A DNA stretch of 64,000 nt from an uncultured Verrucomicrobiae bacterium. GTDB taxonomy: Bacteria; Verrucomicrobiota; Verrucomicrobiia; Limisphaerales; Palsa-1400. The stretch's first letter is position 1. Each line of letters starts with the position of its first letter. Shown here piece by piece: positions 11,000-20,305 of the stretch. The translations under genes and the position numbers were made by a program. The notes under the pieces are model-generated. The model saw only the letters and a program-made list of their open reading frames with translations, was not told where the DNA came from and did no database searches. The DNA is taken from the NCBI GenBank assembly GCA_963707025.1, contig CAVPOM010000009.1, forward strand, positions 64,001-128,000. Reading direction: 5' to 3'.

Positions 11000-12220
11000 T
11001 TAAAACATGTTTTGCAAGAAGTGGATGAGGCCGCGCGACTCGTTGGGGCCGGCCGGGTTGACAATGGGGTTGGCCAGGTGATGGGCCTGCAAATCGAATT
11101 GCAGCAGAATCCCGATGTTCTGCCCGCCGCGCCCGTCGTCGCGAATGGCTTCGAAACCGTAGCCGTAGCTGGTCTGAACCTGCCAGGAGCCGCCATGATA
11201 GGCGATGCCAAGGCCCAGGCCTGAATTCAGGTGGCCCGGCTGGGAGAGGCCGGGCAAATAGTTCATCCCGGCGATGGCCCCGTAGGTGATCAGGTTCCAG
11301 TGTTTGGCGGTGTCCAACGGCACGTCATACTCGCCGTTCAAGGTGACAAAGCTGGTGGCGCTGAGTTCCTCGTAAAAGTACCCCGGAATGAGCAGGGGAA
11401 ACTCCGAGCTTAAGGGCAAATTGCCGCCCAGCCGATAGGCGCTGAAACGGTCCGCATGGCTGCTGCCTCCGCCGGTCACGCTCAGGCTGAAGCTCTGCTT
11501 GGATTCCGGCAGCGTGTAATTGAGAAGCGCGCGCCCAAACATCAACTGCGAGAACGGTTCCAGCACCCGGTCCCCATTGTAGCCGTAAGCGCCGGAGTCG
11601 GTGCGAAACTGGCCTTCGTACCAGGCGGACAGTTCCATGGCCAGATCGGGATGGATGACCGGCTCCTTTCCTCCCCAGCGCAGGCCGGCGCGCAAGGACA
11701 CAGTGGAATGATCCTGTGGCAGGACAAACGATTCGCCTGTGTGGGCATCCTCGTCATAAACGGAAAAATGCTCGCGCAGGTGCAGGACGCCATTGAGGGG
11801 GATGAGCTGGCCGGGGTTGAACAGATGATAGACGGAGCCGGACAGTTCCGCGCTGTGGCCTATGAAGGAGTCGGAGGGGTAATACTTTCCGTCGCGAAAT
11901 TCAAAGTAACTGTCGGCGAATCCGCCCCCGGCCAGGCCCAGGCCCAGATCGGTGTTCGGTCCGAGGGCGTCGCGGATTCCCAATTCAGAATCCATGTAAA
12001 CGGGGGCGATGGCCAGGCGCAGCGTCAGGTTGGTGCGCAGGAAGCCGGGTTGGTTGAGATAATAAAACGCGTAGCCGGCGATGGGCGCGGCGCCCTCCAG
12101 GGACTGGTTGAAACCCAATTGGAAAAGCTTGCGCGGCTCCGGATCAATCTGGGAAAAAACAGTCCGGCAAGGCCAAAGAAGGCCCGGCACGAGCAGCCAT
12201 CCAATCCAGATTCGTCGCAT
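11000..12220 (-). CDS. Putative outer-membrane beta-barrel protein
   Basis: Signal peptide, many Gly/aromatic amphipathic strands, YRLGG and GLGLGIAY...SYGYG. Confidence 0.6.
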   Translation of the reverse strand: MRRIWIGWLLVPGLLWPCRTVFSQIDPEPRKLFQLGFNQSLEGAAPIAGYAFYYLNQPGFLRTNLTLRLAIAPVYMDSELGIRDALGPNTDLGLGLAGGGFADSYFEFRDGKYYPSDSFIGHSAELSGSVYHLFNPGQLIPLNGVLHLREHFSVYDEDAHTGESFVLPQDHSTVSLRAGLRWGGKEPVIHPDLAMELSAWYEGQFRTDSGAYGYNGDRVLEPFSQLMFGRALLNYTLPESKQSFSLSVTGGGSSHADRFSAYRLGGNLPLSSEFPLLIPGYFYEELSATSFVTLNGEYDVPLDTAKHWNLITYGAIAGMNYLPGLSQPGHLNSGLGLGIAYHGGSWQVQTSYGYGFEAIRDDGRGGQNIGILLQFDLQAHHLANPIVNPAGPNESRGLIHFLQNMF

Positions 12221-12272
12221 CCCCACTTTCTATAACATAATGACGTTGAAGCACAAGGGCAGGGGAACCGCA

Positions 12273-12392
12273 CAAGTCATGTGTCCGTCATGGGTGGTGG
12301 GGCGGGCAGTCCTGTGCCCGCCGCACAGCGACCATGCGACGTGGATTGCTCGGCCAATGCCCGCCCTGCCTTTCCCGCCCCAGCCATGACTT
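12273..12392. repeat. REP-like palindromic intergenic element
   Basis: CAAGTCATG...CATGACTTG inverted ends; contains GGTGGGGCGGGCAGTCCTGTGC, related to copies at 23147, 37746 and 48511. Confidence 0.6.
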
Positions 12393-12434
12393 GGCGCATT
12401 GCCAATGGAAGCGGGCGCGTTTATGATGGGAAGC

Positions 12435-12833
12435 ATGAAGGCGAAAAAACTGTTGCATACCCGTTATCGGGTCAATGATCTGACGAAGACGATCCGGTTT
12501 TACAAGGACGTGCTGGGCCTGGAGGAGACCCGCCGATCCAAGTCGCCGCGCGGCTCGGAACTGGTTTTTCTGAAAGCGCCGGAAAGTGACGAATTGATTG
12601 AGATTTGCTCGTATCCCGGCAGCGGCCCGGTGCAGGTCCAGCCGGATTTGACGCATCTGGCCTTTTCCGTGGACAGTCTGGAGGGCTTCGCCCGGCATCT
12701 GGACTCCCTGGGCTTGAAGTATTCCGACGGCCCAACCTTGCGGCCCGGCGGCGGCGGTTTTGCCTTCCTTGACGCGCCGGAGGGGTACGAAATTGAATTG
12801 ATCGAATTGCCGCAAGGCCAAAGTCAGTTCTGA
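12435..12833 (+). CDS. VOC/glyoxalase family protein (lactoylglutathione lyase-like)
   Basis: LHTRYRVNDL..TIRFYKDVLG, HLAFSV, AFLDAPEGYEIEL; TTGCCA-N17-TATGAT promoter 7 nt upstream. Confidence 0.88.
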   Translation: MKAKKLLHTRYRVNDLTKTIRFYKDVLGLEETRRSKSPRGSELVFLKAPESDELIEICSYPGSGPVQVQPDLTHLAFSVDSLEGFARHLDSLGLKYSDGPTLRPGGGGFAFLDAPEGYEIELIELPQGQSQF

Positions 12834-12877
12834 GGGTGCCGTCTTTAGTGTGAACAGAAAGAAGTTGTGTTCCTGAA

Positions 12878-13213
12878 ATGAAGAAGGCGGCCCAATTCTC
12901 CATCGTGCTGGTGACCGCGCCGGACAAACGGGCGGCGCGCGGGCTGGCCCAGGCGGCCTTGGAGGAACGACTGGCCGCCTGCGCCAATTTGCTGCCGGGC
13001 CTTGAATCCCATTATTGGTGGCGGGGAAAAATGGAGCGCAGCGCGGAGGTGCTGATTATTTTCAAAACCACCCGCCGCCGCCTGGCCGCGCTGGAAAAAT
13101 TGATTCTGCAAAAGCATCCCTATGACACGCCGGAGTTTGTGGTGGTGCCCATCCATGCCGGCGCCGGGCGCTACCTGGATTGGCTGGCCGGCTCGGTTCG
13201 GGAAACTCCGTAG
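12878..13213 (+). CDS. cutA: Divalent-cation tolerance protein CutA
   Basis: LAACAN, SHYWWRGK and HPYDTPE. Confidence 0.93.
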   Translation: MKKAAQFSIVLVTAPDKRAARGLAQAALEERLAACANLLPGLESHYWWRGKMERSAEVLIIFKTTRRRLAALEKLILQKHPYDTPEFVVVPIHAGAGRYLDWLAGSVRETP

Positions 13214-13246
13214 CGCTCAGCTCATTTGACCGGTTTGAATTCAATC

Positions 13247-14696
13247 CACACCCGTCTCATAAGGGGAAAAGTCTGGTGCTGACCTGTTCATTTGCAAGGG
13301 TTTAATTGGTCTTCGGGGTAAAATGAGATTTTGATTTTTCCGAGTTTGGCTTTTGGGTGTGGTATGCGCCTGTTTGGGCGCGTGTGCTGTCCCATAGCTT
13401 TATTGGAAGCCGGGGAAATACGCCTGCTCGGGCCGCGCCAAGTGGCGAAAGCTGCCGCCTGCTGTCCCATAGCACGCCAGCAAATTGAGCAGATCATATT
13501 TCTCCCAGAGCGCCGCCCGCAAAATCGTGAACAGCCGGGTGAAGCTGTGCGCCCAGTTGGAGAGGTGACTGAGGTAGCGCAACAGCACGTAGGTCAACAG
13601 CGCCGTCCACACCTGCCAGCGCACGGCGTTGGCGTTGTGGCCCAGAAAATCCGCCAACTGCAAGGTCTGCTTGATTTGTTTGAAGAAGACTTCGATCTGC
13701 CAGCGGCAGCGGTAAAGGTCGGCCACGCTGCGCGGACTCCACTCCAGGTTGTTGGTCAGGAAGGTCATTTCCCGTTCCTCTCCATCAATCTCGACCAGCG
13801 CCACCACCCGGCGCATCAACTCCGGCGCGGGTTTGTTCTCGTTGCTCAGGACGATCACTTCGTCGCGCAAAATCTTCGGGTCTCTGGAGGCGGGCATTTT
13901 CCGCACCACCTCATAGCCCATGTTCTCCTTGGCCCGCGTCACCCAAAAGACCCCGCGCCCGTCCAAATCCCGCAAGTGGCCGAAGTCCACATAACCCTTG
14001 TCGAACAAGGCGATTTCGCCGCTCTTCAAGTCGGCGCACAGTTCCCGCGCCCGTCGGTTGTCGTGCTCGGCGGCAGTGTCCACAATGACAAAACCGGGCA
14101 AAAGATTCTGCAGATTCAACCGCATATGGGTTTTGGCGGCGGCCTTGCGCCGGCGGTGCTTGGCCCAGTCCAGGCAGTTGGCCACCAGTTCCATGGTCGT
14201 GCTATCAATCACATGGATGGGCATCTTGAAACGGAAGGCGGGGCCACGGCGCTGGCCCGCGGCAAAGCCGGGCGTCTGTGCTTTCAAATGCTCCAGGACC
14301 CGCCAGAAGAGTTGTTCGGCCATCTGGGCCGGACGCTCCCGGTTGGCGTGGGAGAGGCCGTTGCGGCTGGGGGCGCTGGCGCCGCGCAAAGTGGACAGCG
14401 GCCCGGAATGCAATTGCAGCGAGTCGCACAGATCGTTGAGTCCGATGCAATGGGTGAGTTGCGCGTCCAGCAAACTGACCGTGTGACTCCACGGACTGAA
14501 GGTGCGCGACTTATCCAGAGCCCGGTCTCCCGCGCTATTTTGGAGACTTCATGCGCAGGAATGAGATTGCAAATCTGGCGCAAAACGTTAAACCGGGACC
14601 GTGTTGGTTTGATTTTTTTGTTTTTCATGCCTGCCTTGTGGCAGGTTCAAATGGTCAAGCCAACACTTTTTTCCAATTTCCTGTGGGATGGCTGTG
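13247..14696 (-). mobile_element. IS4-family insertion sequence, copy 1 (1450 bp), 9-bp TSD AATTCAATC
   Basis: Near-identical to 60676-62127. Imperfect terminal IRs (CACACCCGTCTCATA vs CACAGCCATCCCACA, 11/15). AATTCAATC at 13238-13246 and 14697-14705. Confidence 0.95.
13400..14628 (-). CDS. IS4 transposase (DUF4372 + DDE); frameshift near 14520 in this copy
   Basis: IDSTT, FDKGY and YRCRWQIEVFFK (YREK) motifs; one C missing relative to copy 2. Confidence 0.9.
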
Positions 14697-14772
14697 AATT
14701 CAATCCTCTCGTCCGCGGTTGCTTGGAAATCAAGATTTGCGGATGGTGGGCACTTTGGCTAGAGTAACAGGC

Positions 14773-14991
14773 ATGAGCACAGTTGAGATGGCGGTTGAAA
14801 AAGTCCGGCAACTGGATGACGCGCGGGCGGGCCAGTTGCTGGCGTGGCTGGAATCCCAATCCACCGCGGAGAAACCGCCTGCGGAACCGCTTGGCGCGAT
14901 GGCCATGCTTGGTTTCGCGCGCCGTTTTCATCCGCAGCCTCGCACTACGGACGACTGGATGGCCGAACTCGGCGCGGGGGAGCGTGAGTAA
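14773..14991 (+). CDS. Putative antitoxin upstream of the PIN gene
   Basis: 72 aa, TAATG overlap with the PIN gene, TTGCGG-N17-TAGAGT promoter 7 nt before the ATG. Confidence 0.65.
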   Translation: MSTVEMAVEKVRQLDDARAGQLLAWLESQSTAEKPPAEPLGAMAMLGFARRFHPQPRTTDDWMAELGAGERE

Positions 14992-15176
14992 TGGCTTGGG
15001 TGGTGGACACTTGCCTGCTGATTGACGTGGCCGGACGCCGCGCCGGGCCGGCACCGAAACGACCGCTGGCCGACGTGTTAATAGGGGCACTCGCCACGCG
15101 CTTCCAAGGCATCCTGACCCGCAATGAAGCCGACTTCCGCCAAGTCTTCCCGACATTAAAACTGCTTGTGCCTTGA
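14991..15176 (+). pseudogene. PIN/VapC-type toxin with a large in-frame internal deletion (61 aa)
   Basis: N-terminal WVVDTCLLID joined directly to C-terminal RPLADVLIGA...ILTRNEADF. Confidence 0.7.
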
Positions 15177-15208
15177 TCTTGCCGTGGTCTTGAACGGTGG
15201 AAAAAACT

Positions 15209-15757
15209 ATGCGTGAACGACCGGTTTCCGTCACCCTTTTCGGGATCTTGAACCTGGGGTTTGGATTGTTGGGGCTGGGATCGGCGTTGCTGTCAACCAT
15301 GTTGGATGTGGAAGGCTTCGGTTCCACGGCCTTGAGTCCCGCCTTGAACTCATATATTTCCTCAATGCTGGCGCTCTGGAATGCCATCTCGACAGACCCG
15401 GCGTTTGTGGTTTGGCGCCGCATAACCCTCCCGCTGGATTTCGCGGCGAACCTCACTCTGGCGGCCGCCGGGATCGGCCTGCTGCTGCTCAAAAACCGGG
15501 GGCGCCTCGCCTCCGTCGGTTACGCGATTTATAAAATAATTTTCGCCTTGCTGGATGTGGCGGTGTTGTTCGTGGTGCTTCACCGGGTGCTGGCCAATGC
15601 GCTGCACGCCGGCACCGGCGCGAACATTGCCCTGGTGATCGCGGCGGCGGCGCTCGGAACCGTGCTCACGCTGATTTACCCGGTCTTACTTGTTTATTTT
15701 ATGACGCGGCCCAGGGTCGTCCTGGCCTTTCAGCCCGCGCCCGTCTCAGCCCTTTGA
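15209..15757 (+). CDS. Hypothetical membrane protein (about 4 TM segments)
   Basis: RPVSVTLFGILNL start, hydrophobic segments, YFMTRPRV end. Confidence 0.75.
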   Translation: MRERPVSVTLFGILNLGFGLLGLGSALLSTMLDVEGFGSTALSPALNSYISSMLALWNAISTDPAFVVWRRITLPLDFAANLTLAAAGIGLLLLKNRGRLASVGYAIYKIIFALLDVAVLFVVLHRVLANALHAGTGANIALVIAAAALGTVLTLIYPVLLVYFMTRPRVVLAFQPAPVSAL

Positions 15758-16876
15758 ACCGGGGCGCGTGGAAATGCCGGCCATTCTGGCCAGATCGCGA
15801 TGGATGCGGGAAACGCGCTCCACCTGTCCCTTGGCCGGGAACCGTTCGTAAAAGCCTTCGTTGCGGAAGTTGCGCGCCTGCTCGCTCCAGGGAGCCAGAC
15901 GCTGGCTCCAGCGCGCCGTCCGGTTTTCTTCCGGCTCGGCATCCTGCGCCGCCAAGTCGGCGCAAACCCGCACCATCGCCTTGAGCGTGACGGGCTTGGT
16001 GATCATGCAGGCGGGATCGCCCCAGGCCTGGCCCCAGACCTGGGCGGCGGCCTTGAGGAAGTCGCGCATCATCTTGTAATAGCGGGCGGCGGTGCGTTTG
16101 TCGGCGCCCTGCGGTTCTATTTTGGCCCAGGCCAGTTTGGTCCAGCGATGGATTTCGTTGAACAATTCGGCCTGCAAAATCCATTTTTCCTGCCTGCTCC
16201 GTCCCCCCAGGCGGTTGATGCGGTAGCGCAAGGGGCTGTCGGCCTCGCTGTAAAGCATCTGGGAAATGTGCGCGGCGAAACGGCGGTCCGGCTCGGCCCA
16301 GGAGACCCGCTCGTACAGATCAATCAGATGGCTCTTGTTGATGCGGGTGGGGGTGGAGTTGATGATGACAAACATTTCCGTGGCAAAATCCTCGCTGCCG
16401 CCGTCGAAGATCATGCAGGGGACGTGGATAGTGCGGGCTTCCCCGGGATGGGTGCGCTCGTAAAACTGGAGCGCAGCCAGCCGGTGCTGTCCGTCAATAA
16501 TCAGGAATTTTTCCTCGGGCTCCTGCAGCCGGCCCACGCCTGAGCCGTCCGACCAGGCCTCGAAGCGCAGTTTTTGCGGCGTAAACAGCAGCACGGTGCC
16601 GGGGATGGGCGGCTGGGTGATGGCGGTTTCGTAAAAATTGCGGATGGCTCCCACCTTGGCGCGGGAAAGCTCCCGCTGAAAGGCCTTGTCGCTGCGTTCG
16701 ATTTGGGCGATGAATTGGGCAACGTCGTCCTCCTCCCCGCCCGGCGCGGCTTTGATTTCGCCGCCTTCTTCGTCGTAAAACCGGCTGATGAAGCGGACCT
16801 TTTGCAGGAGGGTTTCCGACGGATACGAGGCAAAGTAAAAAAAGGCGTCTTTCTGGCGGATTTGTGTGGCGATCAT
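15746..16876 (-). CDS. DGQHR-domain protein (DndB/ParB-like fold)
   Basis: AFQRELS, IIDGQHRLAAL and EMFVIINSTP. Confidence 0.9.
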   Translation of the reverse strand: MIATQIRQKDAFFYFASYPSETLLQKVRFISRFYDEEGGEIKAAPGGEEDDVAQFIAQIERSDKAFQRELSRAKVGAIRNFYETAITQPPIPGTVLLFTPQKLRFEAWSDGSGVGRLQEPEEKFLIIDGQHRLAALQFYERTHPGEARTIHVPCMIFDGGSEDFATEMFVIINSTPTRINKSHLIDLYERVSWAEPDRRFAAHISQMLYSEADSPLRYRINRLGGRSRQEKWILQAELFNEIHRWTKLAWAKIEPQGADKRTAARYYKMMRDFLKAAAQVWGQAWGDPACMITKPVTLKAMVRVCADLAAQDAEPEENRTARWSQRLAPWSEQARNFRNEGFYERFPAKGQVERVSRIHRDLARMAGISTRPGSKG

Positions 16877-17308
16877 ATTGTCAGTCCCGCGGAACGGGAT
16901 AAAAGTTTAAAAAGTTAAAAATATAAACTGCAAAATTCAAAGCGGTCTTGGCCGCCGGGGGAATCTAAAGCCTCCCGGCAAAAGCGCAAGGGGCGGCGTG
17001 GCGGGGATGGCGAATGGGGGCGCTTTATGAGACCACTATCATCGGATCGCCCAAACCTGCGACAGAGAGGTCGCGCCGGCGGGGCCGGGCGGGGGCTGCA
17101 CCGATTAGGATCAGGATGACGATCAAAGAGAACCCCCTCTCCTTGACCCTCTGCCCGCTTCCTGGGGCGGAGGAATTGGCAAATCGCACGGTGCTGGCAT
17201 CCGGCTGCGCCTGGCCCCGTGGCCTTGTGAAAAGAATCACAAAGGGCTTGCCTCGGCCGGCTTAAGGATGTTTATTGAGGCGATTATTCGTCAGATTAAG
17301 GAACGCTC

Positions 17309-17818
17309 ATGCAAACCAAAACTGAAATTGGTTACAATTCAAAGGTCGAGGGCGACGTGGTTCATACGCGGCTGGATTCGGCCATAAACTGGTTCCGCAA
17401 AAATTCGCTCTGGCCCATGCCGATGGGGCTGGCTTGTTGCGCCATCGAATTGATGGCCGCCGGGGCCAGCCGGTTCGACATCGCCCGCTTCGGCGCCGAG
17501 GTCATGCGCTTTTCGCCCCGGCAATCGGATGTCATGATCGTGGCCGGCACCGTCACCTACAAAATGGCCCTGTCGGTCAAACGCATTTACGACCAGATGG
17601 CCGAACCCAAATGGGTCATCGCCATGGGGGCCTGCGCCTCGAGCGGCGGGATGTATCGCAGTTATGCCGTGTTGCAGGGGGTGGATTCGATCCTCCCGGT
17701 GGACGTTTATGTGGCCGGGTGTCCGCCGCGGCCGGAGGCGCTGCTGGACGCGCTGATCAAGTTGCAGGCAAAAGTGGCCCGGGAGCCGTTTCTGGCCCTG
17801 CAAAAACAGGTGGCCTGA
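17309..17818 (+). CDS. nuoB: NADH-quinone oxidoreductase subunit B
   Basis: [14 protein letters not shown] and GCPPRPE. Confidence 0.97.
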   Translation: MQTKTEIGYNSKVEGDVVHTRLDSAINWFRKNSLWPMPMGLACCAIELMAAGASRFDIARFGAEVMRFSPRQSDVMIVAGTVTYKMALSVKRIYDQMAEPKWVIAMGACASSGGMYRSYAVLQGVDSILPVDVYVAGCPPRPEALLDALIKLQAKVAREPFLALQKQVA

Positions 17819-17845
17819 CCGGGCCGCCCCATCCCCTATCGAGCG

Positions 17846-18496
17846 ATGTCTGCCCGCGATCTGGCTCTCAAACTCAAAGACCGGTTTGGCCTTTTAATTT
17901 CCGACCCGCAGGAGTTCCGCGGCGAAATCACGGTGCAGTTGTCCGATGCCGACGTCATCGCCGAGGTCTGCGCCTTCGCCAAGGCCAGCCTGGGATTTGA
18001 TTACCTGGTGGACATCACCAGCATTGACAATTACGGCTCCGATCCGCGCTGGACGCTGGTTTACCATCTTTACGGCTACGGCCATCATTGCCCGCTGCGC
18101 TTGAAGACCAACGTCAGCGAGGAGCAATCCGAGCTGGCCACGGTCAGCACCGTTTGGCGCACCGCCGAGTGGCACGAACGGGAGATTTACGACATGATGG
18201 GCCTGCGTTTTCGCGGCCATCCCGATCTGCGGCGGATTCTGATGTGGGAAGGCTACCCGCACTTCCCCTTGCGCAAGGATTTCCCGCTGGCCGGCAAGCC
18301 GACCGCCATGCCGGAGGTGGCTTTCTCCAAACGCGCCCCGCAGGAAGGCGGGCCATTCGTCACCGTGGCCGGGGGCAAGGACACCATTTCCCGCGAACCG
18401 CGCGCGCGCGTTGCGGAGAGCGCCCCGGCGGATTTGAACGCGCGGCCCAAGATCCAGCAACCTCCAGGGCCGGCGGTGGCGAAGGAGGACAAATAA
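17846..18496 (+). CDS. nuoC: NADH-quinone oxidoreductase subunit C
   Basis: WHEREIYDMMG, HPDLRRILM and PLRKDFPL. Confidence 0.96.
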   Translation: MSARDLALKLKDRFGLLISDPQEFRGEITVQLSDADVIAEVCAFAKASLGFDYLVDITSIDNYGSDPRWTLVYHLYGYGHHCPLRLKTNVSEEQSELATVSTVWRTAEWHEREIYDMMGLRFRGHPDLRRILMWEGYPHFPLRKDFPLAGKPTAMPEVAFSKRAPQEGGPFVTVAGGKDTISREPRARVAESAPADLNARPKIQQPPGPAVAKEDK

Positions 18497-18997
18497 ATGG
18501 GATCCTTCACCGTCGGGTGCTTAATTAAAAACCATGTTGACCGCGAGAAGGCCGTCAGGATTCCACGGCTCATGGTGGACACGGGGAGCGAGGCGACCTG
18601 GATTCCGCGGAAGTTTCTGGAGGACATCGCGGTCAAGCCGGAGAAGCGATCCGTCTTTCAACTGGCCAATGGCCAATATGTCTATCGCGATGTCGGCTAC
18701 GCGGTCGTCCGCGTCAAGGATGCAGAGACAGTGGACGAAATCGTTTTCGCGGAGCAGGGTGACCTGATCTTGTTGGGGGCACGGGCGCTGGAGGGTCTCT
18801 TGTTATGGATTGGTGCGAAGGGAAAACGGCTGGTGGCCCTCGACGCACATCCCGTCGCGAAAGTCGTGGTTCCTGGCCCGGTGCCGCCCGATAAAGACAA
18901 ATACCTGCAGGTCGGTGCGATTATTCAAGGTCAGGGCGGTCCCGCTCCGGTAGCGGCAGGGGAGGCGAAACCGAATACGCGCCGCAAAAAATCATGA
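18497..18997 (+). CDS. Clan AA (retropepsin-like) aspartic protease
   Basis: MVDTGSEATWIP, FQLANG and LILLGARALEGL motifs. Confidence 0.8.
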   Translation: MGSFTVGCLIKNHVDREKAVRIPRLMVDTGSEATWIPRKFLEDIAVKPEKRSVFQLANGQYVYRDVGYAVVRVKDAETVDEIVFAEQGDLILLGARALEGLLLWIGAKGKRLVALDAHPVAKVVVPGPVPPDKDKYLQVGAIIQGQGGPAPVAAGEAKPNTRRKKS

Positions 18998-19011
18998 TGG
19001 CGAATTAACCT

Positions 19012-20286
19012 ATGGCCACCCAGGAAATCCAGTATCCCGATCCGGCGGCCCGCGCCGCGCCGGCCGAGACCGCCGGGGAGACGCAGGACATGCACGGGGA
19101 AAAAATGGTCCTCAACATGGGGCCTTCCCATCCCGCCACCCACGGTGTCCTGCGCGTCGTACTCGAACTGGACGGGGAAATCATCACCAAAGCCACGCCG
19201 GAGATCGGCTACCTCCATCGGGGTGATGAAAAAATCGCCGAGAACATGACCTACACCCAGTTCATCCCTTACACGGACCGGCTGGATTATCTGGCGCCGC
19301 TGGCCAACAATGTCGCTTACGCGCTGGCGGTGGAAAAATTAATTGGAATTGACCAGGCGCTGCCGCCGCGCTGCCAGTATATCCGGGTGATCTGCTGCGA
19401 GCTGGCCCGCCTTTCCTCCCACCTGCTGGGTCTGGGTTCCTTTGCCATGGATGTGGGCGCGCTGACGGTGTTCCTGTTCACCTTCACCGAACGGGAGAAG
19501 ATTTACAACTTGATCGAAGCCCTGACCGGGGCGCGCTTCACCACCACCTACACGCGCATCGGCGGATTATCGCGCGACCTTCCGCCCGGCTGGGTGGCCC
19601 AGTGCCGCCAGTTCCTGGACGAAGTGGTCCTCAACATTGACGAAACGGAAACCCTCCTGACCCGCAACCGCATTTTTGTGGACCGCACGCGCGACGTGGG
19701 GGTGATTGCGCGCGCCGACGCCATTGATTACGGCCTGAGCGGCCCCAACCTGCGCGGCAGCGGGGTGGAATTTGATGTGCGCAAAGCCCATCACTACCTG
19801 GTCTATGACCAGTTGGAATTCGACATTCCGATTGGTTCGGCAGGGGACTGCTACGACCGCTATCTGGTGCGGATTGAGGAAATGCGCCAGAGCGTGCGGC
19901 TGTTGCGCCAATGCCTGGACAAAATTCCCGGCGGCGCCGACAACGCGGCCCACGAACCGGTGGACATCCCCGACGGCAAAACGGTGCTGCCCTCCAAGCA
20001 CAAAGTGCTGACCAGCATGGAGGAATTGATTCACCAATTCATCCTCGTCACCGAGGGCGTCAACGCGCCGCCCGGCGAGGTTTTTTTTAGCGCCGAGAAT
20101 CCCAAGGGCGAACTGGGCTTTTACATCAACAGCAAAGGCGGCGGCACGCCTTACCGCCTGAAAATCCGCTCGCCCTCCTTTTGCAACCTCAGCATCCTTT
20201 CCCACCTCATGCCCGGCCACATGGTCAGCGATACCGTCTCCATTTTCGGCTCGCTCGATTTTGTCATGGGCGAATGTGACCGGTGA
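19012..20286 (+). CDS. nuoD: NADH-quinone oxidoreductase subunit D
   Basis: NMGPSHPATHGVLR, GYLHRG, DRLDY and GECDR. Confidence 0.97.
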   Translation: MATQEIQYPDPAARAAPAETAGETQDMHGEKMVLNMGPSHPATHGVLRVVLELDGEIITKATPEIGYLHRGDEKIAENMTYTQFIPYTDRLDYLAPLANNVAYALAVEKLIGIDQALPPRCQYIRVICCELARLSSHLLGLGSFAMDVGALTVFLFTFTEREKIYNLIEALTGARFTTTYTRIGGLSRDLPPGWVAQCRQFLDEVVLNIDETETLLTRNRIFVDRTRDVGVIARADAIDYGLSGPNLRGSGVEFDVRKAHHYLVYDQLEFDIPIGSAGDCYDRYLVRIEEMRQSVRLLRQCLDKIPGGADNAAHEPVDIPDGKTVLPSKHKVLTSMEELIHQFILVTEGVNAPPGEVFFSAENPKGELGFYINSKGGGTPYRLKIRSPSFCNLSILSHLMPGHMVSDTVSIFGSLDFVMGECDR

Positions 20287-20305
20287 AAGGAGAACCAACC
20301 ATGCC

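Noticed and set aside
9244..11211. 655-aa minus-strand ORF and similar long antisense ORFs (e.g. 1609-3057, 24401-26158, 37809-39269, 55660-56946)
   Set aside because: They are shadow frames opposite well-supported genes in high-GC DNA and carry no recognisable motifs.
14500..14540. Programmed frameshift in the IS transposase
   Set aside because: Copy 2 is in frame at this position and no slippery heptamer is present.
15746..16876. Phosphorothioate (Dnd) or 7-deazaguanine (Dpd) system
   Set aside because: No dndCDE, dpdA or ssp genes are in the window; SufT is 6 kb away and unrelated by context.
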